A DNA stretch of 64,000 nt from Sphingomonadales bacterium. GTDB taxonomy: Bacteria; Pseudomonadota; Alphaproteobacteria; Sphingomonadales; Sphingomonadaceae. The stretch is from the NCBI GenBank assembly GCA_025356275.1, contig JANXUK010000067.1, positions 4,526-68,525 of the forward strand, given 5' to 3'. Under the pieces are notes generated by a model. That model ran no database searches and was not told where the DNA came from. It was given only the letters and a program-made list of their open reading frames with translations. The translations under genes and the position numbers were made by a program. This document shows, piece by piece, positions 19,731 to 29,426 of the stretch; position 1 is the first letter of the stretch, and the number at the start of each line of letters is the position of its first letter.

Positions 19731-20850
19731 GCCAGGATCGATGCCTCAGACCAGGTCCGACGCCAAGGTGGAGGCCGATCTGACCCACGCCCACGGCCCC
19801 ACCGACATCAATGACGCGCTGGTCACGCATGAGGCCAAGCGTGCGCTGGTGTGGTTTGGGCTGGCTGGCGGCATGGCGCTGGTGGTGGTGCTGGCCCAGC
19901 CGCTGCTGGTGGTGTTCGGCGGGATCGTGTTCGGGGGCCTGATCGATGGCGGCGCGCGGCTGCTGGGCCGGGTGGCGCCGTGGCCGCGCGGGGTGCGCGT
20001 TGCTCTAGTGCTGCTGGGCGCAGTGGTGTTCCTGCTGTCGACCTTCATCTATGCCGGCAACGAAATCGCCGATCAGGCCGCCGCGCTGCCCGCGATGATC
20101 CGCACCCAGACCCTGCATTTGCTGCAAATCGCGCGGCATCACGGCATCGCGGTCAATCCCGCCAGCATCCAGACCCTGACGGACAAGGCCTTGTCCAGCA
20201 TCGACCAGATCACCGGGGTGGTCGGCGGGCTGATCGGCGGGTTGACCACGCTTACCGCGATCATCGTGCTGGGCATCTATTTCGCGATCGATCCGGGGTC
20301 GTATCAGCGCGGCGTGGTGTGGCTGATGCCGCGCGCCAGCCGGCCGTTCTTCCTCGATACATTCGCGCATCTGGGGCACACGTTGCGGCGGCTGCTGGCA
20401 GGGCGGTTGCTGGGGATGACCGTCGAGGGGGTCAGCATCGGGTTGGCGCTGGGCATCTATGGCGTGCCGATGGCCAGCCTGCTGGGGCTGATCGCCGGAC
20501 TGCTGGCGTTTTTGCCCAATATTGGCGCGCCCATATCCGGCCTGCTGATGGTGCTGATCGGCTTTTCGGGTGGCAGCCATATGGGGCTGTATTGCATCGG
20601 CGTCTACGTCGTGGTGCAGGGGATCGACGGCAATATCATCGTGCCGATGGTCGCCAAAAAGAGCGCCGATCTGGCTCCGGCACTGGTGCTGGGGATGCAG
20701 CTGGTGATGGGGGTGCTGTTCGGCATTCTGGGGCTGGCGCTGGCCGATCCGCTGCTGGCGATGATCAAGGTGACGCTGGAGCAGATGGCGGTGCGGCGCA
20801 AGCGCAAGGCGCGCATCGTCGGCGGCCGCAGCGTGCCGGTCGGGGGATGA
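19720..20850 (+). CDS. AI-2E family transporter
   Basis: Multi-TM; AGLLAFLPNIGA, VVQGIDGNIIVP; ATG 19720. Confidence 0.88.
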   Translation: MSNEPGSMPQTRSDAKVEADLTHAHGPTDINDALVTHEAKRALVWFGLAGGMALVVVLAQPLLVVFGGIVFGGLIDGGARLLGRVAPWPRGVRVALVLLGAVVFLLSTFIYAGNEIADQAAALPAMIRTQTLHLLQIARHHGIAVNPASIQTLTDKALSSIDQITGVVGGLIGGLTTLTAIIVLGIYFAIDPGSYQRGVVWLMPRASRPFFLDTFAHLGHTLRRLLAGRLLGMTVEGVSIGLALGIYGVPMASLLGLIAGLLAFLPNIGAPISGLLMVLIGFSGGSHMGLYCIGVYVVVQGIDGNIIVPMVAKKSADLAPALVLGMQLVMGVLFGILGLALADPLLAMIKVTLEQMAVRRKRKARIVGGRSVPVGG

Positions 20851-20854
20851 GATT

Positions 20855-21970
20855 TTGGCGCGCAAGTTTCTTTATGGCATCGTCTGTGTGGTGGTGCTGG
20901 TGATTGCGGGGATGTTCGGGCTGAGGTTTTGGGCCAAGGAACTGTCGCAGCTGGCCTTTGTGCCGGGGTCGGCATTTTCGGCGGCGGCACCTGTTGCGAG
21001 CGGGGCCTATGCCGATCCGGCACTGTGGATCGCGCGCGGCAACAGCGACGCGCATGATCCCGCCCGTTGGCAGCCGCGCGGCGCCGGGCCCCCTGCCCCA
21101 GTCAAGGCAGCGGTATTCTTCGTCCACCCGACCAGCCATTACGACCGCAGCCACTGGAACGCCGCGTTAAGCGATGCCGCCGTCAACGCCCGCGCCGAAA
21201 CCTTCGTGCGCGGGCTCGCCAGCCCATTTGCTGGGGCGAGCGAGCTATGGGCGCCGCGCTATCGGCAGGCGACCTTCGGCGCATTCATCGCGAAGAAGGC
21301 GGACGGCCAGCGAGCGCTCGATCTGGCCTATGGCGATGTGCTGGCGGCGTTCGATGCGTTTGTGGCGGCGGTCGATCCGAAGGCGCCGCTGGTGCTGGTG
21401 GGGCACAGTCAGGGCGCGTTACACCTGCTGCGGCTGCTGCACGACCGGGCCTATGGCCAGCCTTTGGCGCGCCGGATCGCGGCAGCTTATGTGATCGGCT
21501 GGCCGGTCAGTATGACGCATGACCTGCCGCAGACGGGCTTGCACGCCTGCGCCGGGCCCGATGACAGCGGGTGCCTGCTGTCCTGGCAGAGCTATGCAGA
21601 GCCGGCCGACCCGTCGCTGATGCAGGAAGCCTATGCGCATTTCCCGGGGCTCGATGGGCAGGCGCGCGGCGGCAGCCCGATGCTGTGCACCAACCCGCTG
21701 ACCGGCGCGCCCGACAGCGCGGCACCGGCCAGCGCCAATCTCGGCACGCTTATGCCCGATGCCAACCTGTCGGGCGCGGCGCTGGTGGCGGGAATGGTGC
21801 CGGCGCGGTGCTCGCCGCAGGGGTTCCTGCTGATTGGGCCAGCGCCGGAGCTGGGGCCGTTCGTTCTGCCCGGCAACAATTACCATATCTATGACATCCC
21901 GCTGTTCTGGGGCAATATCCGCGCCGATTTTGCACGGCGCGTGACGGCGTGGAAGCCGGACAAACGGTGA
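20855..21970 (+). CDS. DUF3089-type alpha/beta hydrolase
   Basis: FFVHPTS, WAPRYRQA, nucleophile elbow GHSQG. Confidence 0.85.
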   Translation: MARKFLYGIVCVVVLVIAGMFGLRFWAKELSQLAFVPGSAFSAAAPVASGAYADPALWIARGNSDAHDPARWQPRGAGPPAPVKAAVFFVHPTSHYDRSHWNAALSDAAVNARAETFVRGLASPFAGASELWAPRYRQATFGAFIAKKADGQRALDLAYGDVLAAFDAFVAAVDPKAPLVLVGHSQGALHLLRLLHDRAYGQPLARRIAAAYVIGWPVSMTHDLPQTGLHACAGPDDSGCLLSWQSYAEPADPSLMQEAYAHFPGLDGQARGGSPMLCTNPLTGAPDSAAPASANLGTLMPDANLSGAALVAGMVPARCSPQGFLLIGPAPELGPFVLPGNNYHIYDIPLFWGNIRADFARRVTAWKPDKR

Positions 21971-22434
21971 TCACCACGCTGGCCGGGGAATTCGCGGCGA
22001 CCTTGCCCGGCGGCGGCGCGTTGATTGGGCTAGACCTTGGCACCCAGACCATCGGCACGGGCTTTTGCGACGCCGGCTGGCGCATCGCCTCGCCCGGCAA
22101 GACATTGCGGCGGGGCAAATTCGGCGCGGACCGCGCGTTGCTGGCGGCGTTGGTCGCGGAGCGGCAGGTGGCGGGCATCGTCATCGGTCTGCCGATCAAC
22201 ATGGACGGCAGTGAGGGGCCCCGGTCGCAATCGGCGCGTGCCTATGCGCGGAATCTGGCCACGCTGGATCTGCCGATCCTGCTGTGGGACGAACGCTGGT
22301 CCACCGCCAGCGCCGAACGCGGCCTGATCGCCCAGGACATCAGCCGGGCGCGCCGCGCCGCGCGCATCGACGCGGCAGCAGCGGCGGTGATCTTGCAGGC
22401 GGCGATAGATGCGCTGACGGGCGGCGTGTTTTAG
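21967..22434 (+). CDS. ruvX: Holliday junction resolvase-like / pre-16S rRNA nuclease
   Basis: IGLDLGTQTIG, GLPINMDG, WDERWST, IDAAAAAVILQ; GTG 21967. Confidence 0.95.
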   Translation: MITTLAGEFAATLPGGGALIGLDLGTQTIGTGFCDAGWRIASPGKTLRRGKFGADRALLAALVAERQVAGIVIGLPINMDGSEGPRSQSARAYARNLATLDLPILLWDERWSTASAERGLIAQDISRARRAARIDAAAAAVILQAAIDALTGGVF

Positions 22435-22488
22435 ACCGGACCGGCATTCAGCCCAGGCGACATCTGGACTGAATGTTGGTCCGGTCTA
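22432..22488. repeat. 53-bp TA-flanked hairpin element (family D)
   Basis: TA-GACCGGACCggcattcag...ctgaatgttGGTCCGGTC-TA; left TA+G is the ruvX stop, right TA is shared with the next element. Confidence 0.75.
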
Positions 22489-22654
22489 GTGGATTGATTT
22501 TGACATTCGAGTCCCGCTTGCGGCAAAGGGCGCTTTCGAATGTCAAAATCGTAAAATCCACTAGAATCAAAATCTTCTAGTGGTGCGAAAAGATTCTGAC
22601 ATTCGAGCGCGACTTGGCCTCAAGCGGTATCGAATGTCAGAATCGGACCACTAG
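22486..22654 (-). mobile_element. CTAG-bounded double-hairpin MITE-like element, copy 1 (reverse orientation)
   Basis: CTAGTGGattgattttgacattcg...cgaatgtcagaatcggaCCACTAG; homologous to 45881, 52100, 54634, 63455. Confidence 0.85.
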
Positions 22655-24033
22655 CTTCCCAAGGCCCGGTAACACGCCACAATCGCGCTCGCCTCATCGG
22701 CCCTGGCCGCCGCCGCCTGCCCATCCGCAGCGGCGGCGGTTTCGGTTGCGGCAAGCAGCGCGTCGCGGCTGATCCCCCCCGCCGCATAGGCCCGCGCGGC
22801 AATTGCGGCGGCATCGGCGGCGGCGTGCCCGGCGCGCAGCATCATCGCTGCCCGCACATGCGCGGCGGCCAGCGCGGCGAAGCTGGTCTCCACATCGCCC
22901 GCGGCACGCAACACGGCGGCGCGATAGGCGGCCAGCGCCTCGCCCTCCCGCCCATGCGCGGCGCGAACCTCGGCGTCGATCCGCGCAAAATCGAACAGGC
23001 GCCAGCGCAGCCCCAGCACCGCCTGCGCGGCCAAGGCGTCGCCGCTGACCAGACTGGCCAGATGCGTGCTATCCAGCCCCAGCATGCCCGAGAGCGACAG
23101 TTTGGGGTAATATTCGGCCAGCGCCGCGCCCACCCCGGCATGCGCCGCGATCAGCCGCGCCTCGGCAGCGGCAACATCGGGGCGGCGGCGCAATACGTCG
23201 GCGGGCAAACCCAGCGCTGGGTCGGGGGCTTCGGTGACGGTGACAGGCGCCGCCAGTGCCGCGATGGCCAGCGACGGGCTCTGCCCGATCAGCACCGCGA
23301 TCCGGGCACGCTGGCCCTCGCTGGCCGCATCCAGTGCCGCCGCCGCCGCCTCGGCCTGCGCCAGCGCCACGATGCCGGGATCGAGCGCCTCGCGCGGGGC
23401 AGCGCCCGTCCGCACCCGCACCGCCATGATCGCCTGCCGCCGGGTCAGCGCCGTGACCCGCGCTCGCGCCGCTGCACCCTCCGCCGTCAGCCCGCGCCAC
23501 TGCAAATAGCTATCGGCCAGTTCTGCCGAAACCGCCAGCCGCGCTGCCGCCACCCCGGCCTCAGCCCCGGCAAGCTGCGCGCGCGCAGCCTCCTGCTGAC
23601 GCCGGATACCGCCCGCGAAATCGAGATCCCAGCTAAGCCGCCCACCGATCTGCTCCTCGCCAAAGCTGCGCGGGAAGGACGGGACATAGCGCGACAATTG
23701 CCCTGTGCCGGCGTCCAGTGTCTGGGTAACGCGCGCCGCATAGCCGCCAACATCTCCGCCCGGATAGCGCGCCGCCGCCGCGCCGCGCGCCGCGCCGCGC
23801 GCCTGATCAACCCGGGCCAGTGCCTGCGCGATGTCCAGATTGGCGGCGCCCGCGCGCGTCTCCAGCGCATCGAGCGCCGCATCACCAAAACCGCGCCACC
23901 ATTCGGTAGGCGCCGGCATGGTTCCCCCGGCGGCGCGCCAAGCCGACGCGATCGGCAATTCGGGCGCGCGATAAGCCGTGCCAGCGGTGCATCCGGCCAG
24001 CAGCACGACCCCGAGGACACAAGCGCGCTTCAT
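22651..24033 (-). CDS. RND efflux outer-membrane factor lipoprotein (NodT/OprM type)
   Basis: Lipobox LLAGC, SWDLDF, LRRRPDVAAAE, YYPKLSLSG. Confidence 0.92.
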   Translation of the reverse strand: MKRACVLGVVLLAGCTAGTAYRAPELPIASAWRAAGGTMPAPTEWWRGFGDAALDALETRAGAANLDIAQALARVDQARGAARGAAAARYPGGDVGGYAARVTQTLDAGTGQLSRYVPSFPRSFGEEQIGGRLSWDLDFAGGIRRQQEAARAQLAGAEAGVAAARLAVSAELADSYLQWRGLTAEGAAARARVTALTRRQAIMAVRVRTGAAPREALDPGIVALAQAEAAAAALDAASEGQRARIAVLIGQSPSLAIAALAAPVTVTEAPDPALGLPADVLRRRPDVAAAEARLIAAHAGVGAALAEYYPKLSLSGMLGLDSTHLASLVSGDALAAQAVLGLRWRLFDFARIDAEVRAAHGREGEALAAYRAAVLRAAGDVETSFAALAAAHVRAAMMLRAGHAAADAAAIAARAYAAGGISRDALLAATETAAAADGQAAAARADEASAIVACYRALGS

Positions 24034-27000
24034 GCCGCCTCCTCATCGGGCTTGGCCAGCAGCAGATACATCACCGGCGTCGCGATCCGCGACAGCAGCG
24101 TCGAGGAAATCAGCCCACCGATCAGCACAATCGCTACCGGCGCATAAAGCCCGCTCTTGTCCACCGCCAGCGGGATCATCCCTCCAATCGCGGTCACCGA
24201 CGTCAGGAGGATCGGCAGGAACCGCGCTTCGCCCGCCGCCTCGATCGCGGCGCGGATCGGCATGCCTTGCCGGCGCAATTGCTCCGAGAAATCGACCAGC
24301 AGGATCGAATTCTTGATCTCGATCCCGATCAGCGCGACCAGCCCGATGGTGGCGGTAAAGGACAGGGAATTGCCGGTGATCCAAAGCCCGATCACCCCGC
24401 CCAGGATTCCGAAAGGCGCGATCCCCGCCACCACCGCGACCATGCGGAACCGCCCAAACTCCAGCACCAGCACCGCCAAAATACCGAACGCCGCCAGCAG
24501 CAGCGTCGGCAGCAACCCGCCCAGGCTGCGGCTCTGCGCCTCGGCCTCGCCGCCCAGCGTCAGGTTATACCCGGGGGGCAGCATCACCGCGCTGCGCACC
24601 CGCGCCTCGGCATCGGCGGTAGCGCGGCTGGTCAGCACGCCGGGCCCGACATCGGCGGTGAGCGTGACCGAACGCAGGCGGTTGATCCGGTCGATCTCGG
24701 GCGGCCCCGATTCCAGCACCGGGCGCGCGATGGCCGACAATGGCACCGCATGGCCCGCGCTGCTCGGCACCTCGATCCGGTCCAGCGCCGCCAGCCGGTT
24801 GGCCCCGTCCATCGCCATGCGGACCTTGACCGGGAACGTATCGCCGTCCCCATCGCGAAAACTCGCCACATCGGCGCCCGACAGCGCCAGCTGCATGGTC
24901 TGGCGCAGGGCGCCTGCCCCGACCCCCAGACCCGCCGCCGCCGGCTCGTTGACCGCGAAATGCAGGTCAGTGCGCGGCTGGCGCAGCGGGTTGGTGATGT
25001 CGGTCAGGCCGGGCACGCGCTGCATCGCCGCCTCGGCGCTGGCCGCCAGACGGGTCAGCGTGGCAATGTCGCTGCCCGCGATGCGCAGCGCCACCGGCGC
25101 CTCGACCTGGGGGCCCTGGACGAATTTAACGATGCTGATCCGCGCCGCCGGGTAATGCGAAAACTGATCTCTCAGGCGCAGGATCACCGGATCGCGCGCT
25201 GCCGCCGCTGCCGGCGTCAGCCCCACCGCGACCTCGCCGAATTCCATGTCGGTCTCGTGCTGGCCGGCATTATAGTAGATCTGCGGATTGCCGCGCCCGG
25301 TATTGCCGATGGTCCATGCCACAGCCGGGTCACCCGCCAGATGCTGCTCGACATAGCGCACGGTTATATCGGTGCGGGCCAACGAGGCACCGCGCCCGGC
25401 ATCGATGCGGATCAGGAATTGCGGGGTCTCGGCGGCGGGGAACAGGCTGGTGCCGATCACCCTGACCAGCGGGATCGACAGCATCGTCAGCAGCAACAGC
25501 ACGGCCAGCGCCTTGCTCGGCCGATCGAGCGCGCGATGGAGCAGCGGCGCGTAAAAGCGGTGGATCGCCGCCGTGATGCCGCGCAGCATGCGGTTGCCCT
25601 CGGGGTGGCTTTCGGGCCTGAGGAACAGGCTGGCAGCCAGCGGGATCACGGTCAGCGACACCACCAGCGACCCCGCCACCGTGGCCAGCACCGCCACCGG
25701 CATCGAGCGGATAAACTGACCCGAAACATCGGGCAGCGCCATCAGCGGCAGGAAAGCAAATATCAGGCACAAGGTGCAGCCCACCACCGCCAGCGCGATC
25801 TGGCCGCTGCCAGCCACCACCGCGCGGCTGACATCGGGCTCGGCGCGCATCCAGCGCACGATGTTTTCGGTGACCACGATGGCGTCATCGACCAGAATAC
25901 CGAGCGACAGCACAAACCCCGCAATCGACAGCTGATTCAACGTATAGCCCAGCGCCCCCACCACGCTGACCCCGATCAGCAGCGACAGCGGGATCGCCAC
26001 CATCACCACCAGCGCCGCCCGCCCGCCCAGCGGCAACAGCGTGATGCACACCAGCCCTAGCGCGATCAGGAAATCCCGGCGCAGCGCGCCCATCCGCGCC
26101 GCCACATTATCGGCCTGGGCAAAGGGCCGCACCAGCCGCACCCCGCCGGGCAACGTCCGCTCGAAGCTGTCAAACGCAGCGGTCAGCGCGGTGTTGAGCT
26201 GGGCCACGTCCACCCCATCGGTCTGGCGCGCAGTCAGCAACACCGCGCGTTTGCCATCGTAACGGGTGATATGGTCGGCCTCGCCCAGCGCCCAATCGAC
26301 GATGGCGACATCGCCGACATGGAGCACAGCGCCATCGTGCGCGCGCACGGCCAGATTGCGCACCGCCGCGATGTCGCGATAGGCGCCGCCATATTGCACG
26401 GTGAAGGCGCGGGCGCCGGACTGGATGTCGCCGATCGGCCCTTCGCCGCCGCCGGCGCGCAAGGCCTGTGCGACCTCCGCCGGGGTAACGCCCAGCGCGG
26501 CAAGCCGCCCGAAATCGAGCGACACGCGCATCTCGCTGGGGGTGGCACCCCAATATTGCGCCTCGCGGATGCCGGGGATAGTGCCGATCTGCTCGCGCAG
26601 TTTCTGGGCCAGCTTCTCCAGCCGGCGCATCGGCAATGTATCGCTGACCAATGCCACCTCGACCACGGCGGCCAAGGTTGGCCGGGCATGATCGACCTGT
26701 AGCCGGGTCAGCGCGGCGGGGAGCCGGAGGCGCAATTGCGCGATCTCCCGCTGAAGCGCATCCTCGTCGCGGGCACCGCTGGAATTGTAGCGGAAATCGA
26801 CGGTAGTGGTCGATATGCCGCCCCGGCTTTGCGAACGCACCTCGCGCACGGCGTCGAGGCCATAGATCGCATCCTCGATGGGTTTGGTGACCAGTTCCTC
26901 GACCTCACGCGGGTCGGCGCCGGGCAGGACGGCGGTAATGTGGAACAGCGGGCTGTCGATCTGGGGGTCTTCGGTGCGGGGGATGCCGCGGAACGCACTG

Positions 27001-27083
27001 AGCCCAACTGCGACCACTAGCAACACCGCCAGCAGCGCAAACCGCCAGCGGCGCAGCACGAATTCGGCCGGGTTGAAGTTCAT
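24030..27083 (-). CDS. RND efflux permease (AcrB/AcrD/AcrF family)
   Basis: 1017 aa; LGILVDDAIVVTENI, IGIEIKNSILLVD, RFLPILLTS. Confidence 0.95.
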   Translation of the reverse strand: MNFNPAEFVLRRWRFALLAVLLVVAVGLSAFRGIPRTEDPQIDSPLFHITAVLPGADPREVEELVTKPIEDAIYGLDAVREVRSQSRGGISTTTVDFRYNSSGARDEDALQREIAQLRLRLPAALTRLQVDHARPTLAAVVEVALVSDTLPMRRLEKLAQKLREQIGTIPGIREAQYWGATPSEMRVSLDFGRLAALGVTPAEVAQALRAGGGEGPIGDIQSGARAFTVQYGGAYRDIAAVRNLAVRAHDGAVLHVGDVAIVDWALGEADHITRYDGKRAVLLTARQTDGVDVAQLNTALTAAFDSFERTLPGGVRLVRPFAQADNVAARMGALRRDFLIALGLVCITLLPLGGRAALVVMVAIPLSLLIGVSVVGALGYTLNQLSIAGFVLSLGILVDDAIVVTENIVRWMRAEPDVSRAVVAGSGQIALAVVGCTLCLIFAFLPLMALPDVSGQFIRSMPVAVLATVAGSLVVSLTVIPLAASLFLRPESHPEGNRMLRGITAAIHRFYAPLLHRALDRPSKALAVLLLLTMLSIPLVRVIGTSLFPAAETPQFLIRIDAGRGASLARTDITVRYVEQHLAGDPAVAWTIGNTGRGNPQIYYNAGQHETDMEFGEVAVGLTPAAAAARDPVILRLRDQFSHYPAARISIVKFVQGPQVEAPVALRIAGSDIATLTRLAASAEAAMQRVPGLTDITNPLRQPRTDLHFAVNEPAAAGLGVGAGALRQTMQLALSGADVASFRDGDGDTFPVKVRMAMDGANRLAALDRIEVPSSAGHAVPLSAIARPVLESGPPEIDRINRLRSVTLTADVGPGVLTSRATADAEARVRSAVMLPPGYNLTLGGEAEAQSRSLGGLLPTLLLAAFGILAVLVLEFGRFRMVAVVAGIAPFGILGGVIGLWITGNSLSFTATIGLVALIGIEIKNSILLVDFSEQLRRQGMPIRAAIEAAGEARFLPILLTSVTAIGGMIPLAVDKSGLYAPVAIVLIGGLISSTLLSRIATPVMYLLLAKPDEEAA

Positions 27084-28156
27084 TTGGCAGCGATAGTCAC
27101 GCGCTGCCCCTCGGCCACGAAGCCCGCGCCTGCGGTGATGACGCGCGCTTCGGCGGGCAGGCCGGCAACCCGCACCAGATCGCCATCGATGCCGAGCACC
27201 CGGATGGCCAGCCGGCGCGCGCGATTATCCGCGCTGATCACGAAGACATGCCCGCCGCCACCGGCGGCATCGAGCAGCGCTTCGGCGGGGATGCGCTGGA
27301 CCGCTGGTGCGGCGCGGTTGGCGGCGAAGGTGACCGAGCCCAGCGCGCCGCTGGTGATGGCGCGCGGCGCCGACAGGGCGAGGTCGACCTCCACCGTCCC
27401 GGTCGCCGCCCCCGCCGCGCCGCCGATTCGCAGGATGCGCGCAGCCATGGACGGAGTGTCGCCCCATTGAACCTGGGCCGGCATGCCGGGCGACAGCGCG
27501 CGGGCCCCCGCCTCGGACACGGCGGCGCGGGCGATCAGCGGGCTGGCGGTGTCGGCGATGCTGACCAGCACCTGCCCTGGCGCCACGGTCTCGCCCTGTT
27601 CGGCCTCGCGGGTCAGGATGGTGCCGGCGAACGGCATGCGCAGCGTGCCCGAGGCATCGTCATAATGCGACGCCGAGGCGCCGGCGCGGGCTGCCGTCAA
27701 CGCGGCGCGGGTCGTATCGCGTTCGGCCTGAGAGATCGCACCTGCGGCCAACAATGCCTCGTTGCGCGCGGCATCGGCTGTGAGGCGGGTGACATCGGCA
27801 TCGCTGCGCGCGGCGGCGGCGTGCTGGGGCGTGGCATCGATCCGCGCCACCAGAGCACCGCGCGGCAAATGCTCGCCAATGCGCGCCGGCATCGCCGCCA
27901 GAACCCCGCCCAGCCGCAGGCTCAGCCGCGCCTCCCGGTCGCGGGCGAAGGTGGCCGGCCAGGTGCTGCTGCCCCCGCCCCCACCGTCGCCCTCGCTGGC
28001 CGCCGCAGTGGTGACCAGCGCGGCCTCGACCGGAAGCGGCGGTGCATCCTGGTTCTGTTCCGGCGCGGCGTGGCAACCGGCCAGCACGGCAAGGCCCAAC
28101 AGCCCCGCCGTCCCCCGCGCGCGCCATCGCCAGCGCAGATCGGTCCTGCTTTGCAT
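27080..28156 (-). CDS. RND efflux periplasmic adaptor (MFP)
   Basis: Lipoyl/hairpin domains, LRMPFAGTI...GETV; LAGC lipobox; RBS GGGAGG upstream. Confidence 0.92.
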   Translation of the reverse strand: MQSRTDLRWRWRARGTAGLLGLAVLAGCHAAPEQNQDAPPLPVEAALVTTAAASEGDGGGGGSSTWPATFARDREARLSLRLGGVLAAMPARIGEHLPRGALVARIDATPQHAAAARSDADVTRLTADAARNEALLAAGAISQAERDTTRAALTAARAGASASHYDDASGTLRMPFAGTILTREAEQGETVAPGQVLVSIADTASPLIARAAVSEAGARALSPGMPAQVQWGDTPSMAARILRIGGAAGAATGTVEVDLALSAPRAITSGALGSVTFAANRAAPAVQRIPAEALLDAAGGGGHVFVISADNRARRLAIRVLGIDGDLVRVAGLPAEARVITAGAGFVAEGQRVTIAAK

Positions 28157-28200
28157 ATGCCCGTCACCTCCCTCGCCCGCTGTGTTGTAAAGGGTATGGC

Positions 28201-28615
28201 ATGAGGCAGGTCAAGCGGCTGGGGCGGGACGATGTGAATCGCTGCTGCGTCCCAGCACCCCGATTCGCAGCCCTGCCCGGCGCAATTGCCCGTGATCGCG
28301 GCAGGCTGTCTGCACGAAATCCATGCCGATGCGGAGGATTGGGCCGCCGCCGCCTTCGCGCTGGCCGTGCCTGATACTGCAAGCGTGCGGTGCTGGTGCT
28401 GTGCAAGTCGCGGCAGGATGCGCCGCGCGGGCTGCTGTATGGCGCCGGGCTGGCGGAGTTAGGAATTACGCCGGGGCGGCTGCGGCTGGATAGGCGCGCG
28501 ATACGATGACACTGCTCCGTGCCGGGCTCCTGACGAAGCTGCCGCGCGGCGCTGTGGGTTAGCGCGGGCGAACGGCCGCGAACCTGCGGGTGCTGCTGCC
28601 CTCGCGGGGCTTCAT
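28201..28615 (+). pseudogene. Frameshifted, truncated imuA-like (RecA-like) relic
   Basis: Pieces in different frames: MRQVKRLGRDD..., LHEIHADAEDWAAAAFALAV, GLLYGAGLAELGITPGRL, ARDTMTLLRAGL; no imuB/dnaE2 follows. Confidence 0.65.
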
Positions 28616-28665
28616 TAGAGCATCGCGCCAAAAAAGTGGAAACCGGTTTTTGTCGATAAATCAGG
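28615..28665 (+). repeat. Degenerate CIR/RIME-like repeat
   Basis: ttagagcatcgcgccaaaaaagtggaaaccggtttttg matches reverse complement of 1041-1094. Confidence 0.7.
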
Positions 28666-28799
28666 CGACAGCACATGCCGGGAGCGAGACGGGTCAACCC
28701 GGCATCGCATCACATTCCGCTCCGCCTTGAGCGCTCCCGATAAAACCCTACTGCGAACTCCCCCCTTGCGCAGCTCTATGCCGCAGCGCACAATACCCC

Positions 28800-29426
28800 A
28801 TGCGCATTGCCATCGTCGATGAAAGCGCGCCGCGCGCTGCGGTGATCCGTGAGGGGCTGGCCCAGGTCGCCGAGTGCGAAATTTTCGTCGTAACCGAGCG
28901 GCGCGGCATGATTGCGCGCATCGCGGAGATCGCCCCCGACATCGTGCTGATGGACCTTGGCAATCCGTCGCGCGATGTTTTGGAGGAATATTTCGCGGTT
29001 AGCCGCGCGCTGGCTCGCCCCATCGCGATGTTCGTCGACGAATCGGACGAGGAGGCGATCGCCGCCTCGATCGACGCGGGGGTTTCGGCCTATATCGTCG
29101 CCGGGCTGGCGGCGCATCGCATTCGCCCGCTGCTCGATCTGGCGGTGCGGCGATTCAACGCGTTTGCCCGGCTTCAGGCCGACCTGAACGAGGCGCGCGG
29201 GCAATTGGCGGAGCGCGAAACCATCGACCGCGCCAAGCGCATCCTGATGGACAGCCGGCGCATCACCGAGCCGCAGGCCTATGCCGAAATGCGCGGGGCA
29301 GCGATGAGTCAGGGGCGCCGCATCGCCGATATTGCCGGCGCCGTGGTCACCGCGCATCGGCTGCTGGCCAATACCAGCGCCATCGCAGCCGCCGGCGAAA
29401 ATACGCCCGGAAAGGGACCGATATGA
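28800..29426 (+). CDS. nasT: ANTAR-domain antiterminator NasT
   Basis: REC-like N-terminus plus ANTAR IDRAKRILM...EPQAYAEMR..AMSQGRRI. Confidence 0.93.
   Translation: MRIAIVDESAPRAAVIREGLAQVAECEIFVVTERRGMIARIAEIAPDIVLMDLGNPSRDVLEEYFAVSRALARPIAMFVDESDEEAIAASIDAGVSAYIVAGLAAHRIRPLLDLAVRRFNAFARLQADLNEARGQLAERETIDRAKRILMDSRRITEPQAYAEMRGAAMSQGRRIADIAGAVVTAHRLLANTSAIAAAGENTPGKGPI

Noticed and set aside
22665-22678. cccggtaacacgcc shared with 33925-33938
   Set aside because: One copy is coding (VACYRAL, minus strand) with no flanking similarity; treated as chance
28157-28200. LexA box upstream of the imuA relic
   Set aside because: No GTTC-N7-GTTC or GAAC-N7-GAAC found
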